The notes below the pieces were generated by a model that made no database searches, was not told where the DNA came from, and worked only from the letters and a program-made list of their open reading frames with translations. A DNA stretch of 64,000 nucleotides, from positions 37,115 through 101,114 of the forward strand of contig JACKHS010000012.1 of assembly GCA_020638875.1 (NCBI GenBank), given 5' to 3'. The translations under genes were made by a program, and so were the position numbers. The DNA comes from Planctomycetota bacterium. Its GTDB lineage: Bacteria; Planctomycetota; UBA1135; GCA-002686595. Of this stretch, positions 53,057-63,470 are shown in pieces. Within the stretch, counting starts at the first letter, position 1, and each line of letters opens with the position of its first letter.

Positions 53057-55081
53057 CTAGGGGTTCTGGAGGTCCGATGGGTCGTGGCAGACCCCGCAGC
53101 GCTTGGTGTAGGGGATCGGCATCGCTGAGGTCGGCTCGACGCCGTCTACGCCGGGGTTGGTCTTGCGCGGCACGTCGAAGACGTGCGACGTGATGTCGTT
53201 CTCGTAGTAGACCTCGGTGTCGTCGGCGGCCGTTCCGGTCGCCGCGCTGAGCAGGAAGCCGTACTGACCCGCGCCGCTCTTGGCCGTCTTGGTCATGTGG
53301 CAGTCGACGCACGTCGAGAACGGGCCGTGCGACTGACCGGTCTGGTCGAGCGTGTGCTGGGCGTTGAACGGCACCGTCGCGCCGTGACAGCGCATGCACA
53401 GCGGCGTGTTCTCCAGCTCCGGGTCCTCCACGAGCGCGCGCGGGAAGTCGGTGTGCCCGTGCATGTCGTGGCAGTCCGAGCAGACCAGGAGCTGCTTGTC
53501 GTTGCGGTAGTGCTTCGAGAAGATGAAGTCCGCGTACTGCTGGTGGTGGCTCTTCGAGTGCAGGAAGTCCGTCCAGTAGTCGCTCGCGGCCGGCCCGTTG
53601 CGGTCGGCGCGCACGTACTCCGCCAGGAACTCGCCGCGGCTGATGCCCGGAGGCGCGAACTCGCCCGCCGCGTTGAGCGGGTGGTCGCCGCCGATGGCGT
53701 CCGCGCCGAGCTGACGGTTGTGGCAGCGCCCGCAGAGCTGGTTGCTGCGGCTCGGGGAGAGCAGCTCGGGCATCACGATGTAGCGCGGGGACTGCTCCGC
53801 CACGTGTTCGGAGCCCGGCCCGTGGCAGTTCTCGCAGCCCGTGTTCAGGTCGTCGGTGAAGCCGTCGCCGTCGATGTCGTACTCACCGTTGGTGTCGCGG
53901 ATGACGTGCGCGAGCACCTCGCCCGTGCCGCCGTCCGTGTACTGCTCGTAGCCGCCGGCGTGGCAGCCGATGCAGTTGCGCGAGATGTTGCGCGTGACGT
54001 CCGGCGTCCGCAGCAGGTCGTCCGCGACGTTCGCCGGCGTGCCCCCGTCGTCGACGTAGAAGTCGAGGTGGTAGTCGCGGTAGACCTGGCGCGTGCGGTC
54101 GTAGCGATCGTCGTCGCCCTGCGTCTGGAACTGCAGCACCGGGTACAGGCCGTTCAGGCCCGGCCACTCGATCATGTAGCGCTGCTTCTGGACGGCGCCG
54201 CCGTAAGTCAGCGCGACCACGCGCTCGAGCGGGCTCTGCGGGTCGCCCGCGTTGCCCACGTTCTCGAACGTGATCTTGTACTCGTCCGTGCCGGAGTCCT
54301 GCCACAGCCACAGGATGAACGCGACCACGCCGCCGTCCCCCGTGGGGTCCGTCAGCGAGGTCTTGTACTTGTCGAAGCCGCGCGCCGCGTCGTAGTCGTA
54401 GTGGTAGACCGGCGTGCCGCCCGTGTAGACCGCGGCCGACGTGAAGTAGGCCAGGCCGTCGTCCACCTCGGGGTGGTAGCTCGTGTCCTGCAGCCCGCTC
54501 GAGACACCGGGTACGCGGAAGCCGAGGCGGTGCGCCAGCTTCTTCTCCGTCGCGTACTCCGCGTGGCAGACGAGGCAGCTCGACATGCCGAGGTAGTGCG
54601 CGCTCGCCGGGGGCGAGGAGCTGATGACGATGTCCTGCACCGTCGCGCGCAGCGACGTGGCCGGCACGGAGACGCGGCACAGGTTCCCGCCGGCCAGGTG
54701 CTCGAGGTCGGTCGCCGCCGGCTTCACGAACACGAAGAAGCTCCCGTCGGGCACCGACGCGAACGCGTAGCTGCCATCGCTCCCGGTCAGCGCGTGCGTC
54801 AGCGAGCTACCGGAGGTCGCCACTACGTCCTCGAGCGGCTCGTCGACGTCGAGCACGGTCTGCGCGAGCACCTCGGCGGGCGTGATCGCCCCCGTCGGCA
54901 CGTCGGTGCTCGGGATCAGGTAGACCGTCGCCCCCACCACGGCGTCCCCGGCCGGGCCGGTGACCGTGCCCGACAGCCCCATCGCGGGAGCGATCGGGCC
55001 GCCCGAGGAGGAGCAGGCCGCCAGCAGGAGGGCGCCGAGGAGCGAGGCCGACAGGGTCGGGAGGGAGCGGGAGGCGTTCAT
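53057..55081 (-). CDS. octahaem c-type cytochrome lipoprotein with N-terminal carboxypeptidase-regulatory-like domain
   Basis: Start ATG at 55081 (MNASRSLPTLSASLLGALLLAAC, lipobox). The N-terminal domain reads GLSGTVTGPAGDAVVGATVYL...SDGSYAFASVPDG. The eight CXXCH motifs are CLVCH, CIGCH, CENCH, CGRCH, CSDCH, CMRCH, CVDCH and CGVCH. Confidence 0.82.
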   Translation of the reverse strand: MNASRSLPTLSASLLGALLLAACSSSGGPIAPAMGLSGTVTGPAGDAVVGATVYLIPSTDVPTGAITPAEVLAQTVLDVDEPLEDVVATSGSSLTHALTGSDGSYAFASVPDGSFFVFVKPAATDLEHLAGGNLCRVSVPATSLRATVQDIVISSSPPASAHYLGMSSCLVCHAEYATEKKLAHRLGFRVPGVSSGLQDTSYHPEVDDGLAYFTSAAVYTGGTPVYHYDYDAARGFDKYKTSLTDPTGDGGVVAFILWLWQDSGTDEYKITFENVGNAGDPQSPLERVVALTYGGAVQKQRYMIEWPGLNGLYPVLQFQTQGDDDRYDRTRQVYRDYHLDFYVDDGGTPANVADDLLRTPDVTRNISRNCIGCHAGGYEQYTDGGTGEVLAHVIRDTNGEYDIDGDGFTDDLNTGCENCHGPGSEHVAEQSPRYIVMPELLSPSRSNQLCGRCHNRQLGADAIGGDHPLNAAGEFAPPGISRGEFLAEYVRADRNGPAASDYWTDFLHSKSHHQQYADFIFSKHYRNDKQLLVCSDCHDMHGHTDFPRALVEDPELENTPLCMRCHGATVPFNAQHTLDQTGQSHGPFSTCVDCHMTKTAKSGAGQYGFLLSAATGTAADDTEVYYENDITSHVFDVPRKTNPGVDGVEPTSAMPIPYTKRCGVCHDPSDLQNP

Positions 55082-55331
55082 GGCGTCGCGCGGACCGGAG
55101 GGTTGCGGGGAGCCGGGGCCGCGGGGGGCGCTCGCGGCGGAGGGGACTCCAGAGAGGGACCTCTCCAATGCAAACGCCATACCCGCGCCGCGCGGCCCGC
55201 CCCGGCCGCCCGGCCCCCGCGCAGGGCCCGCCGGAGGCCCTGCCCCGGTTCGCACGCCTCCCCGGGCGGGGATTATTCCCCGCGGCGCGAGATCCTCCCC
55301 TCCGCAGGCGGCATGCTGGTGGGCCCTCGCC

Positions 55332-56093
55332 ATGGCCGCCTCCTCCCGCCCCGCCGCGCTGCTGCTCCTGGTGGTCCTGCCCCTCGCGGGGGCCGTGGCC
55401 TGGTGGTTGTGGAGCGCCCCCGGCGGCGCCGCACCCGGCCCCGCGGCGCTCGAGCCGGGCGCAGGCCGCGCGCCGCTGGCCCCGCTCGCGGCAGCGCCTG
55501 ACGCGCCGAGCTCACCCGCGCGCGAGGCCGGGCTCGGCCCGACGCAGGCCCGCGGCGAGGCGGCCGACCCCGACGCGCTGCTCGTGCTGGCCGCGGAGAG
55601 CGGCGCGCCGCTGGAGGGTGCCGGGCTCTACCGCCTCTCGGCGCCCCTCGGCGAGCTCAGCGACGCCGAGGGCCGGCTGGTGCACCCGCCGGGCCTGCGC
55701 GGGTCGCTGATCGTCTGGGCGCCGGGGCGCCTGCCGCTCCAGCTCAACGCCGCGGTCCTGCCCCAGGAGGTGCGCCTGGAGCGCGGGGACGCGGCGATCG
55801 AGCTGCACGTGCTCGGCCTCGGCGCGCGCGACGCGCTCGTGCGCAGCGAGCTCGTGCGCCTCGGCGTCGCCCTGCCGCACGGCCCCTGGTCGCCGACACT
55901 GAACCCCGGAACCGGCGACGTGTGGACCGCCGAGGGGCTCGCCCCGGGGCGCTACGAGCTGCACTACTGGATCCGCCACGGGCGCGCCGCGGCGAACGCC
56001 TACAGCGTGCGCGACCTGGAGCTCGCGCCGGGCGAGCGCCGGCGTCTCCAGCACGACGCCGACCAGCCGCCGCCGCGCGCCGAGGACCAGTGA
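55332..56093 (+). CDS. single-pass membrane protein, short member of the carboxypeptidase-regulatory-like repeat group
   Basis: The ATG at 55332 lies within track ORF 54960..56093. Anchor AALLLLVVLPLAGAVAWWLW. LLVLAAESGAPLEGAGLY and WTAEGLAPGRYEL are beta-sandwich-like blocks. Confidence 0.55.
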   Translation: MAASSRPAALLLLVVLPLAGAVAWWLWSAPGGAAPGPAALEPGAGRAPLAPLAAAPDAPSSPAREAGLGPTQARGEAADPDALLVLAAESGAPLEGAGLYRLSAPLGELSDAEGRLVHPPGLRGSLIVWAPGRLPLQLNAAVLPQEVRLERGDAAIELHVLGLGARDALVRSELVRLGVALPHGPWSPTLNPGTGDVWTAEGLAPGRYELHYWIRHGRAAANAYSVRDLELAPGERRRLQHDADQPPPRAEDQ

Positions 56094-56175
56094 CCGGCGG
56101 CGCCGGAGGACGTCTCGGACCAGGCTCCTGGCCCGGACGCTTCAGGAACGCGCACGCCTTGATGAATCGACCCGC

Positions 56176-57111
56176 CTAGCGCTCGTGCTGCGCCGGCTCC
56201 ACCGGCTTCGTGGGCCCGATGTAGCCGGTGCTGACCGCGACGTCGTCGTACCAGACGGTGTTGTCGCGCTCGGCCTTGTGGACGTAGATGCCGAGGTCGA
56301 AGCGCTTGAGCTTGACCGCGTCGTCGGTGCGCCAGCGGAAGCCGACGAGGTGCAGGTAGAGCTCACCGTCGATCCACGCCGCGAGCTCGCCGTCGGCCTG
56401 GCCCGGCGTGTTCGCGCGGATCCGCGTCTCGAGGCAGACCCACGCGCCGCGCTGCGGCACGACGCGCCGTTCGGGCGCAGGTTGAAAGAGGTTGCCCCAC
56501 CAGTTGCCGTCGCGGTCGCGCGCCATGTCCATCCAGTAGACGTACAGGCTCATGCTGCCCGGCGCGGCGTTGCGACCCCAGTCGCGCCACGGCTCGAAGC
56601 CGCAGGTGAAGCGATCCGCGCCGGTGGGCTTCACGCCGGCCTTGCCCATCTCGTCCCACTTGCCCGTCCCGGCCAGCGCGGCCAGCCCGCCGCCGGTGTG
56701 GTTGAGGTTGCCCTGGTCGTAGTCGGGCGCGAAGCGCAGGTAGCGCCGGTAGTGCAGCACGTCGTAGCCCTCGGCGCCGAGCCAGGCGCTGGCGCCCGCG
56801 CCGGACTCGCGGCCGCCCGCCGCGGGCGCGTCGAGGCGCAGGCAGCCCGCGCCGCCGTGCGCGAGCGCGGCGTCGGTGACGCGCCGCGCGCGACCGTCCT
56901 GCGCGCCGCGCACCTCGAAGTACTTCTCGAGCGAGGCGTCGGACTCGAAGTCGTCCTCGAAGACGACGCGCCCCGGCGCCTGCAGGCGCGCGAGCGCGGC
57001 CGGGTCGGCGCGCGTCGCGAGCGTCACGTCGCGCGGCGGCGGCGGCGCGAGCGCCGCGTCTCCCTGGGCGGCCTGGACGAGCACGAGGGCGAGGAGCGGC
57101 GCGTGAAGCAT
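56176..57111 (-). CDS. secreted concanavalin-fold, polysaccharide-lyase-like protein
   Basis: Signal MLHAPLLALVLVQAAQG. The later GAWVCLETRIRANTPGQADGELAAWIDGEL...WYDDVAVSTGYIGP pattern resembles the heparin/glucuronan-lyase-type jelly-roll family. This assignment is from memory and weak. Confidence 0.5.
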   Translation of the reverse strand: MLHAPLLALVLVQAAQGDAALAPPPPRDVTLATRADPAALARLQAPGRVVFEDDFESDASLEKYFEVRGAQDGRARRVTDAALAHGGAGCLRLDAPAAGGRESGAGASAWLGAEGYDVLHYRRYLRFAPDYDQGNLNHTGGGLAALAGTGKWDEMGKAGVKPTGADRFTCGFEPWRDWGRNAAPGSMSLYVYWMDMARDRDGNWWGNLFQPAPERRVVPQRGAWVCLETRIRANTPGQADGELAAWIDGELYLHLVGFRWRTDDAVKLKRFDLGIYVHKAERDNTVWYDDVAVSTGYIGPTKPVEPAQHER

Positions 57112-57124
57112 GCGGGGCCTCCGA

Positions 57125-58879
57125 TCAGGGCGCGCGCAGGAGGCGCTTGGCCTCGGCGCGCGCGGTCTCCTGCTCGCCGCCGCCGGCGATCATCTCGGCG
57201 ATGACGGCCACGCGGTCGTCGCCCGCCAGCTCGCGCACGCGCGTGAACGTGCGCTCGCCCTCGACGCGCTTGTGCACCTCGAGGTGGCGGTGCGCCGCCG
57301 CGGCGACGGCGGGCAGGTGGGTGATGCAGAAGATCTGGTAGTGCTCGGCCAGCGCGCGCAGGTGCGCGCCGACCTTGGGCGCGAGGCGCCCGCCCACGCC
57401 GGCGTCGACCTCGTCGAACACCAGCGTCGGGATGGTCTGCTTGGCCGCCAGAGCGCCGCGCAGCGCGAGCATGATGCGCGCGGCCTCGCCGCCCGAGGCG
57501 ACCTTGCGCAGCGGCGCGGGGCCCTCGCCGGGATTCGCGGCGAGCAGGAACTCGACCGCGTCCGCGCCGTCGGGGCCGAAACGGCGCGTCTCGGCCTCGC
57601 GCGCGGCCTTCGCGGCGTCGGCGTTCGGCGAGCGCAGCGCGGCGGCCTCGCGCGGCTCGAGGCGCACCTCGAAGCGCGCGCGCTCGAGCCCTAGCTCGGC
57701 CAGCGCGCCCTCGACCGCCTTCGCGAGCCGCGCGCGCAAGCGCTGGCGCCCGCGCGTCAGCGCGCCGGCGGCGTCGTCGAGCGCCGCGCGCGCCGCGCGC
57801 AGCTCCGCCGCGCAGGCCTCGAGTCCGCGCGCCTGCGCCTCGAGCTCGCCGAGCTCGGCCTCCAGCTCGGGTAGCAGCGCGACGAGCGCGGGCACGTCGC
57901 GGCGGTACTTGCGCTCGAGCCGGTCGATCTCGTCCAGGCGCGCCTCGACTTCCTCGAGCCGCCGCGGGGAGAACTCGAGCCCGTCGAGGAAGCTGCGCAG
58001 CGCGGCCGCGGCCTCCTCGAGGTGCGCGGTCGCGTCGCGCAGGTCGCTCGCGGGCGCGGCGAGCTCGCTGACCTTGGCCTCCCAGCGGTCGAGCAGGCTC
58101 TCGGCGCGGCGCAACACGTCGAGCGCGGCGCCCTCCTCCTCGGCCAGCGCCCCGAGCGCGCCGCCGAGCTGCACGGCGAGCTCCTCGCCGTGACGCAGCC
58201 GCTCGCGCTCGCGACGCAGCTCGTCGATCTCGGCCGCGTCGAGCTCGGCCTCGGCCAGCTCGCGCGCCTGGAAGCGCAGCAGGTCGACGCGGTCGCGGCG
58301 CGCGGCTTCGCGCGACTCCCACTCGGCGAGCGCGCGGCCGGCCTCGAGCCAGCGCTCGCGCGCGCCCTGGTAGGTCTCGCGCCGCGGGCCGAGCCCGCCG
58401 AAGGCGTCGAGCAGGCGCAACTGCTCCTCGACGTCGAGCAGCCGCTGGTGATCGTTCTGTCCGTGGATCTCGACGAGCCGCCCGGCGAGCTCGCGCAGGA
58501 AGCGCTGCGTCACGGGCCGGCCGTTGAGGTGCGCGCGCGTGCGGCCGTCCGCGCCGAGCGTGCGCGAGAGCACGAGCTCGAGCGCGTCGCCGTCGGCGAG
58601 GTCCGCGAGGCACTCGGGCGCGCTCGCGCGCAGCTCCGCGAGCAGCGCGGGCGGCGCGGCGTCGGCGGCGAACACGAAGCGTCCGTCGACGCGCGCTTCG
58701 GCCTCGCCGCTGCGCACGAGCTTCGTGCGCGGCCGTTGACCGAGCAGCAACTCGAGCGCGCCGAGCGCGAGGCTCTTCCCCGCACCCGTCTCTCCGGTGA
58801 TGACGTTGAGCCCTTCGCCGAAGCAGAACTCCGCCGCCTCGAACAGGGCCAGGTTCCGTATGGAGAGCTCGACCAACAT
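57125..58879 (-). CDS. recN: DNA repair protein RecN
   Basis: MLVELSIRNLALFEAAEFCFGEGLNVITGETGAGKS (Walker A), a long coiled-coil, and C-terminal ASGGE..FDEVDAGVGG signature/Walker B motifs. Confidence 0.95.
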   Translation of the reverse strand: MLVELSIRNLALFEAAEFCFGEGLNVITGETGAGKSLALGALELLLGQRPRTKLVRSGEAEARVDGRFVFAADAAPPALLAELRASAPECLADLADGDALELVLSRTLGADGRTRAHLNGRPVTQRFLRELAGRLVEIHGQNDHQRLLDVEEQLRLLDAFGGLGPRRETYQGARERWLEAGRALAEWESREAARRDRVDLLRFQARELAEAELDAAEIDELRRERERLRHGEELAVQLGGALGALAEEEGAALDVLRRAESLLDRWEAKVSELAAPASDLRDATAHLEEAAAALRSFLDGLEFSPRRLEEVEARLDEIDRLERKYRRDVPALVALLPELEAELGELEAQARGLEACAAELRAARAALDDAAGALTRGRQRLRARLAKAVEGALAELGLERARFEVRLEPREAAALRSPNADAAKAAREAETRRFGPDGADAVEFLLAANPGEGPAPLRKVASGGEAARIMLALRGALAAKQTIPTLVFDEVDAGVGGRLAPKVGAHLRALAEHYQIFCITHLPAVAAAAHRHLEVHKRVEGERTFTRVRELAGDDRVAVIAEMIAGGGEQETARAEAKRLLRAP

Positions 58880-58974
58880 CGCGGAGAAGATCGCACAGGA
58901 TCCGCCGTGGTTGCAACGAATCGGGCGACTCCTCGACTACCCTCTGCGCCCCGCGACCGCCGCCCCCGCCCCCC

Positions 58975-61143
58975 ATGGCCCGGACCCAGACCCCGCCCCG
59001 CGCGCCCAAGCGCGCGACCGATCCCGCGCACTCGCTCGACGCCGTCTTCCGCCCGCGCTCGGTCGCCGTGATCGGCGCGAGCAAGCGCCGCCTGCAGATC
59101 GGTCACCAGATCGTCCGCAACCTGGTCGAGGGCGACTTCCAGGGCCCGGTCTACCCGGTCAACCCGAAGGCGACCGTGGTGCACTCGATGCACTGCTACC
59201 CGCGCGTCAGCGCGATCCCCGGCGAGGTCGACCTCGCGCTGCTGGTCGTGCCCGCGCCGCACGTCGTCGAGGCGGCGCGCGACTGCGGCGAGAAGGGCGT
59301 GAAGGCGCTCGTGTGCATCACCGCCGGCTTCGCCGAGATCGGCGGCGAGGGCGCGCAGCGCCAGGCCGAGTTGCTCGAGGTCTGCCGCGCGTACGGCATG
59401 CGCCTGATCGGTCCGAACTGCATGGGCGTGCTCAACACCGAGGAAGGCGTGTCGATGAACGCCTCCTTCGCCGACGCGCGGCCGACGCGCGGCGAGGCCG
59501 CTTTCCTCTCGCAGTCGGGCGCGCTGGGCGCCGCGATCCTCGCCGACGCGAAGTCGCTCGGCCTGGGCATCAGCATGTTCGCGAGCGTGGGCAACCGCGC
59601 CGACGTCTCCCCCGCCGACCTGCTCGAGTACTGGCACCACGACCCGAACTCGAAGCAGATCCTGATGTACCTCGAGGCGTTCGGCGAGCCGGAGCAGTTC
59701 ATGAAGATCGCGCGGCGCGTCTCGCGCGAGAAGCCGATCCTCGTGGTGAAGTCGGGGCGCACGGCGCGCGGCGCCCGCGCGGCCGTCTCGCACACGGGCT
59801 CCCTCGCCGGCTCGGAGGTCGCCGTCGACTCGCTGCTCGAGCAGTGCGGCGTGCTGCGCGTCGACTCGATGGAGGACCTGTTCGGCCTCGCCGGCGCGGT
59901 GCAGACGGGCAAGCTGCCGGCCGGCAACCGCGTCGCCATCGTCACCAACGCCGGCGGCCCGGGCATCCTCGCGACGGACGCCTGCGTGTCGCAAGGGCTG
60001 CGCCTGAGCGACCTCGACCCGAAGACGCGGCGCGCGATCGAGAAGGTGCTGCCGCCCGAAGCGTCGAGCGTGAACCCCATCGACCTGATCGCGAGCGCCG
60101 GGCCGGAGGCCTTCGACAAGGTGCTCGGTCACGTGCTGGCCGATCCGGCCGTCGACATGGTGCTCGCGATCTTCGTCGCGCCGATCATGATCGACGCGCG
60201 CGCCGTGGCGGAGGTCTTCGCCAAGCACGCCGCGGCGACCGCCAAGCCGTTCCTCTCGTGCCTGCCCGGCAAGGGCGAGGGCGAGGACGCGGTCGAGCTC
60301 CTGCACGCGGCCGGCGTGCCGAACTACCGCTTCCCCGAGGAAGCTGCGGGCGTGCTCTCGGGGCTCGTGCGCCTGCGCGGGCTGCGCGATCGGCCGAGCG
60401 CGCCCGCGCCCGAGTTCAAGGTACAGAAGAAGAAGGCGCGCGCGCTCGTCGAGGGCGCGCTGGCCGAGGGGCGCACCAGCCTCGACGGCGACGAGCGCGC
60501 CGAGCTCGCGGCGGCCTACGGCCTGTGCGTCGTGCCCAGCAAGATCGTGTCGAGCCGCGACGAGGCGCTGCGCGCCGTGAAGAAGCTCGGCTTCCCGATG
60601 GTCGCGAAGGTCGTCGCCGCCGGCATCGAGCACAAGTCCGACAAGGGCGGCGTGATCCTCGACGTGCGCAACCGCGAGGAGCTGCTCGAGGCCTACGACC
60701 TGCTCGAGGAGCGCTTCCTCGACGCGGCGCCCGACATGCAGGTGCAGCTCCAGGCCATGCGCTCGGAGGGCGTCGAGACCTTCTTCGGCGCGGCCACCGA
60801 CCCGGGCTTCGGCCGCATGCTCGCGTTCGGCCTCGGCGGCATCCACGTCGAGATCCTGCGCGACGTCGTCTTCCGCCTGCACCCGCTGACGCCCACCGAT
60901 GCCGCCGAGATGATCGAGCACGTGCGCGGCAAGAAGCTGCTCGAGGGCGCGCGCGGCAAGCCGCCGGTCGACAAGCAGGAGCTGATCGACGTGCTGCTGC
61001 GGCTCTCGCAGATGCTCACCGACGTCCCCGAGATCGTCGAGCTCGACCTCAACCCCTACCTGGCCGGCTACCGCGGCGAGGGCAGCTGCATCCTCGACAT
61101 GCGCCTCGTGCTGGCGCCGCACGTCGGCGAGAGACAGGCCTAA
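58975..61143 (+). CDS. ADP-forming acyl-/acetyl-CoA synthetase family protein (CoA-binding, succinyl-CoA-synthetase-like and ATP-grasp domains fused)
   Basis: VAVIGAS....IGHQIVRNL (CoA-binding), GPNCMGVLN, SQSGALG and a phosphohistidine-loop-like HTGSLAG. The C-terminal ATP-grasp reads VAKVV..GIEHKSDKGGV. Confidence 0.85.
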   Translation: MARTQTPPRAPKRATDPAHSLDAVFRPRSVAVIGASKRRLQIGHQIVRNLVEGDFQGPVYPVNPKATVVHSMHCYPRVSAIPGEVDLALLVVPAPHVVEAARDCGEKGVKALVCITAGFAEIGGEGAQRQAELLEVCRAYGMRLIGPNCMGVLNTEEGVSMNASFADARPTRGEAAFLSQSGALGAAILADAKSLGLGISMFASVGNRADVSPADLLEYWHHDPNSKQILMYLEAFGEPEQFMKIARRVSREKPILVVKSGRTARGARAAVSHTGSLAGSEVAVDSLLEQCGVLRVDSMEDLFGLAGAVQTGKLPAGNRVAIVTNAGGPGILATDACVSQGLRLSDLDPKTRRAIEKVLPPEASSVNPIDLIASAGPEAFDKVLGHVLADPAVDMVLAIFVAPIMIDARAVAEVFAKHAAATAKPFLSCLPGKGEGEDAVELLHAAGVPNYRFPEEAAGVLSGLVRLRGLRDRPSAPAPEFKVQKKKARALVEGALAEGRTSLDGDERAELAAAYGLCVVPSKIVSSRDEALRAVKKLGFPMVAKVVAAGIEHKSDKGGVILDVRNREELLEAYDLLEERFLDAAPDMQVQLQAMRSEGVETFFGAATDPGFGRMLAFGLGGIHVEILRDVVFRLHPLTPTDAAEMIEHVRGKKLLEGARGKPPVDKQELIDVLLRLSQMLTDVPEIVELDLNPYLAGYRGEGSCILDMRLVLAPHVGERQA

Positions 61144-61291
61144 GCCCCAGCGTTCGAGGCACTTGCGCCCCGGTTCGGAGGTCGGACCGGAAAGCGGTGA
61201 ACATTGCAGGAGCGCCCGCGGTCCCTTCCGAGATCCCAGGCCGCGGCCGTCCTGCGTGGGCGGCCGCCTGACATCCAGAAAGGAGTCCCGC

Positions 61292-63412
<2,121 letters not shown>

Positions 63413-63429
63413 GCCCCTGCGAGCGCAGC

Positions 63430-63464
63430 GCGGGCCCGGCTCCCTCCGCGGGGGCCGGGCCCGC
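63430..63464. terminator. hairpin between convergent S8 and pentapeptide-repeat genes
   Basis: gcgggcccggc...gccgggcccgc is an 11-bp perfect stem with further inner pairing. No U-tract. Confidence 0.45.
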
Positions 63465-63470
63465 GCGCGT

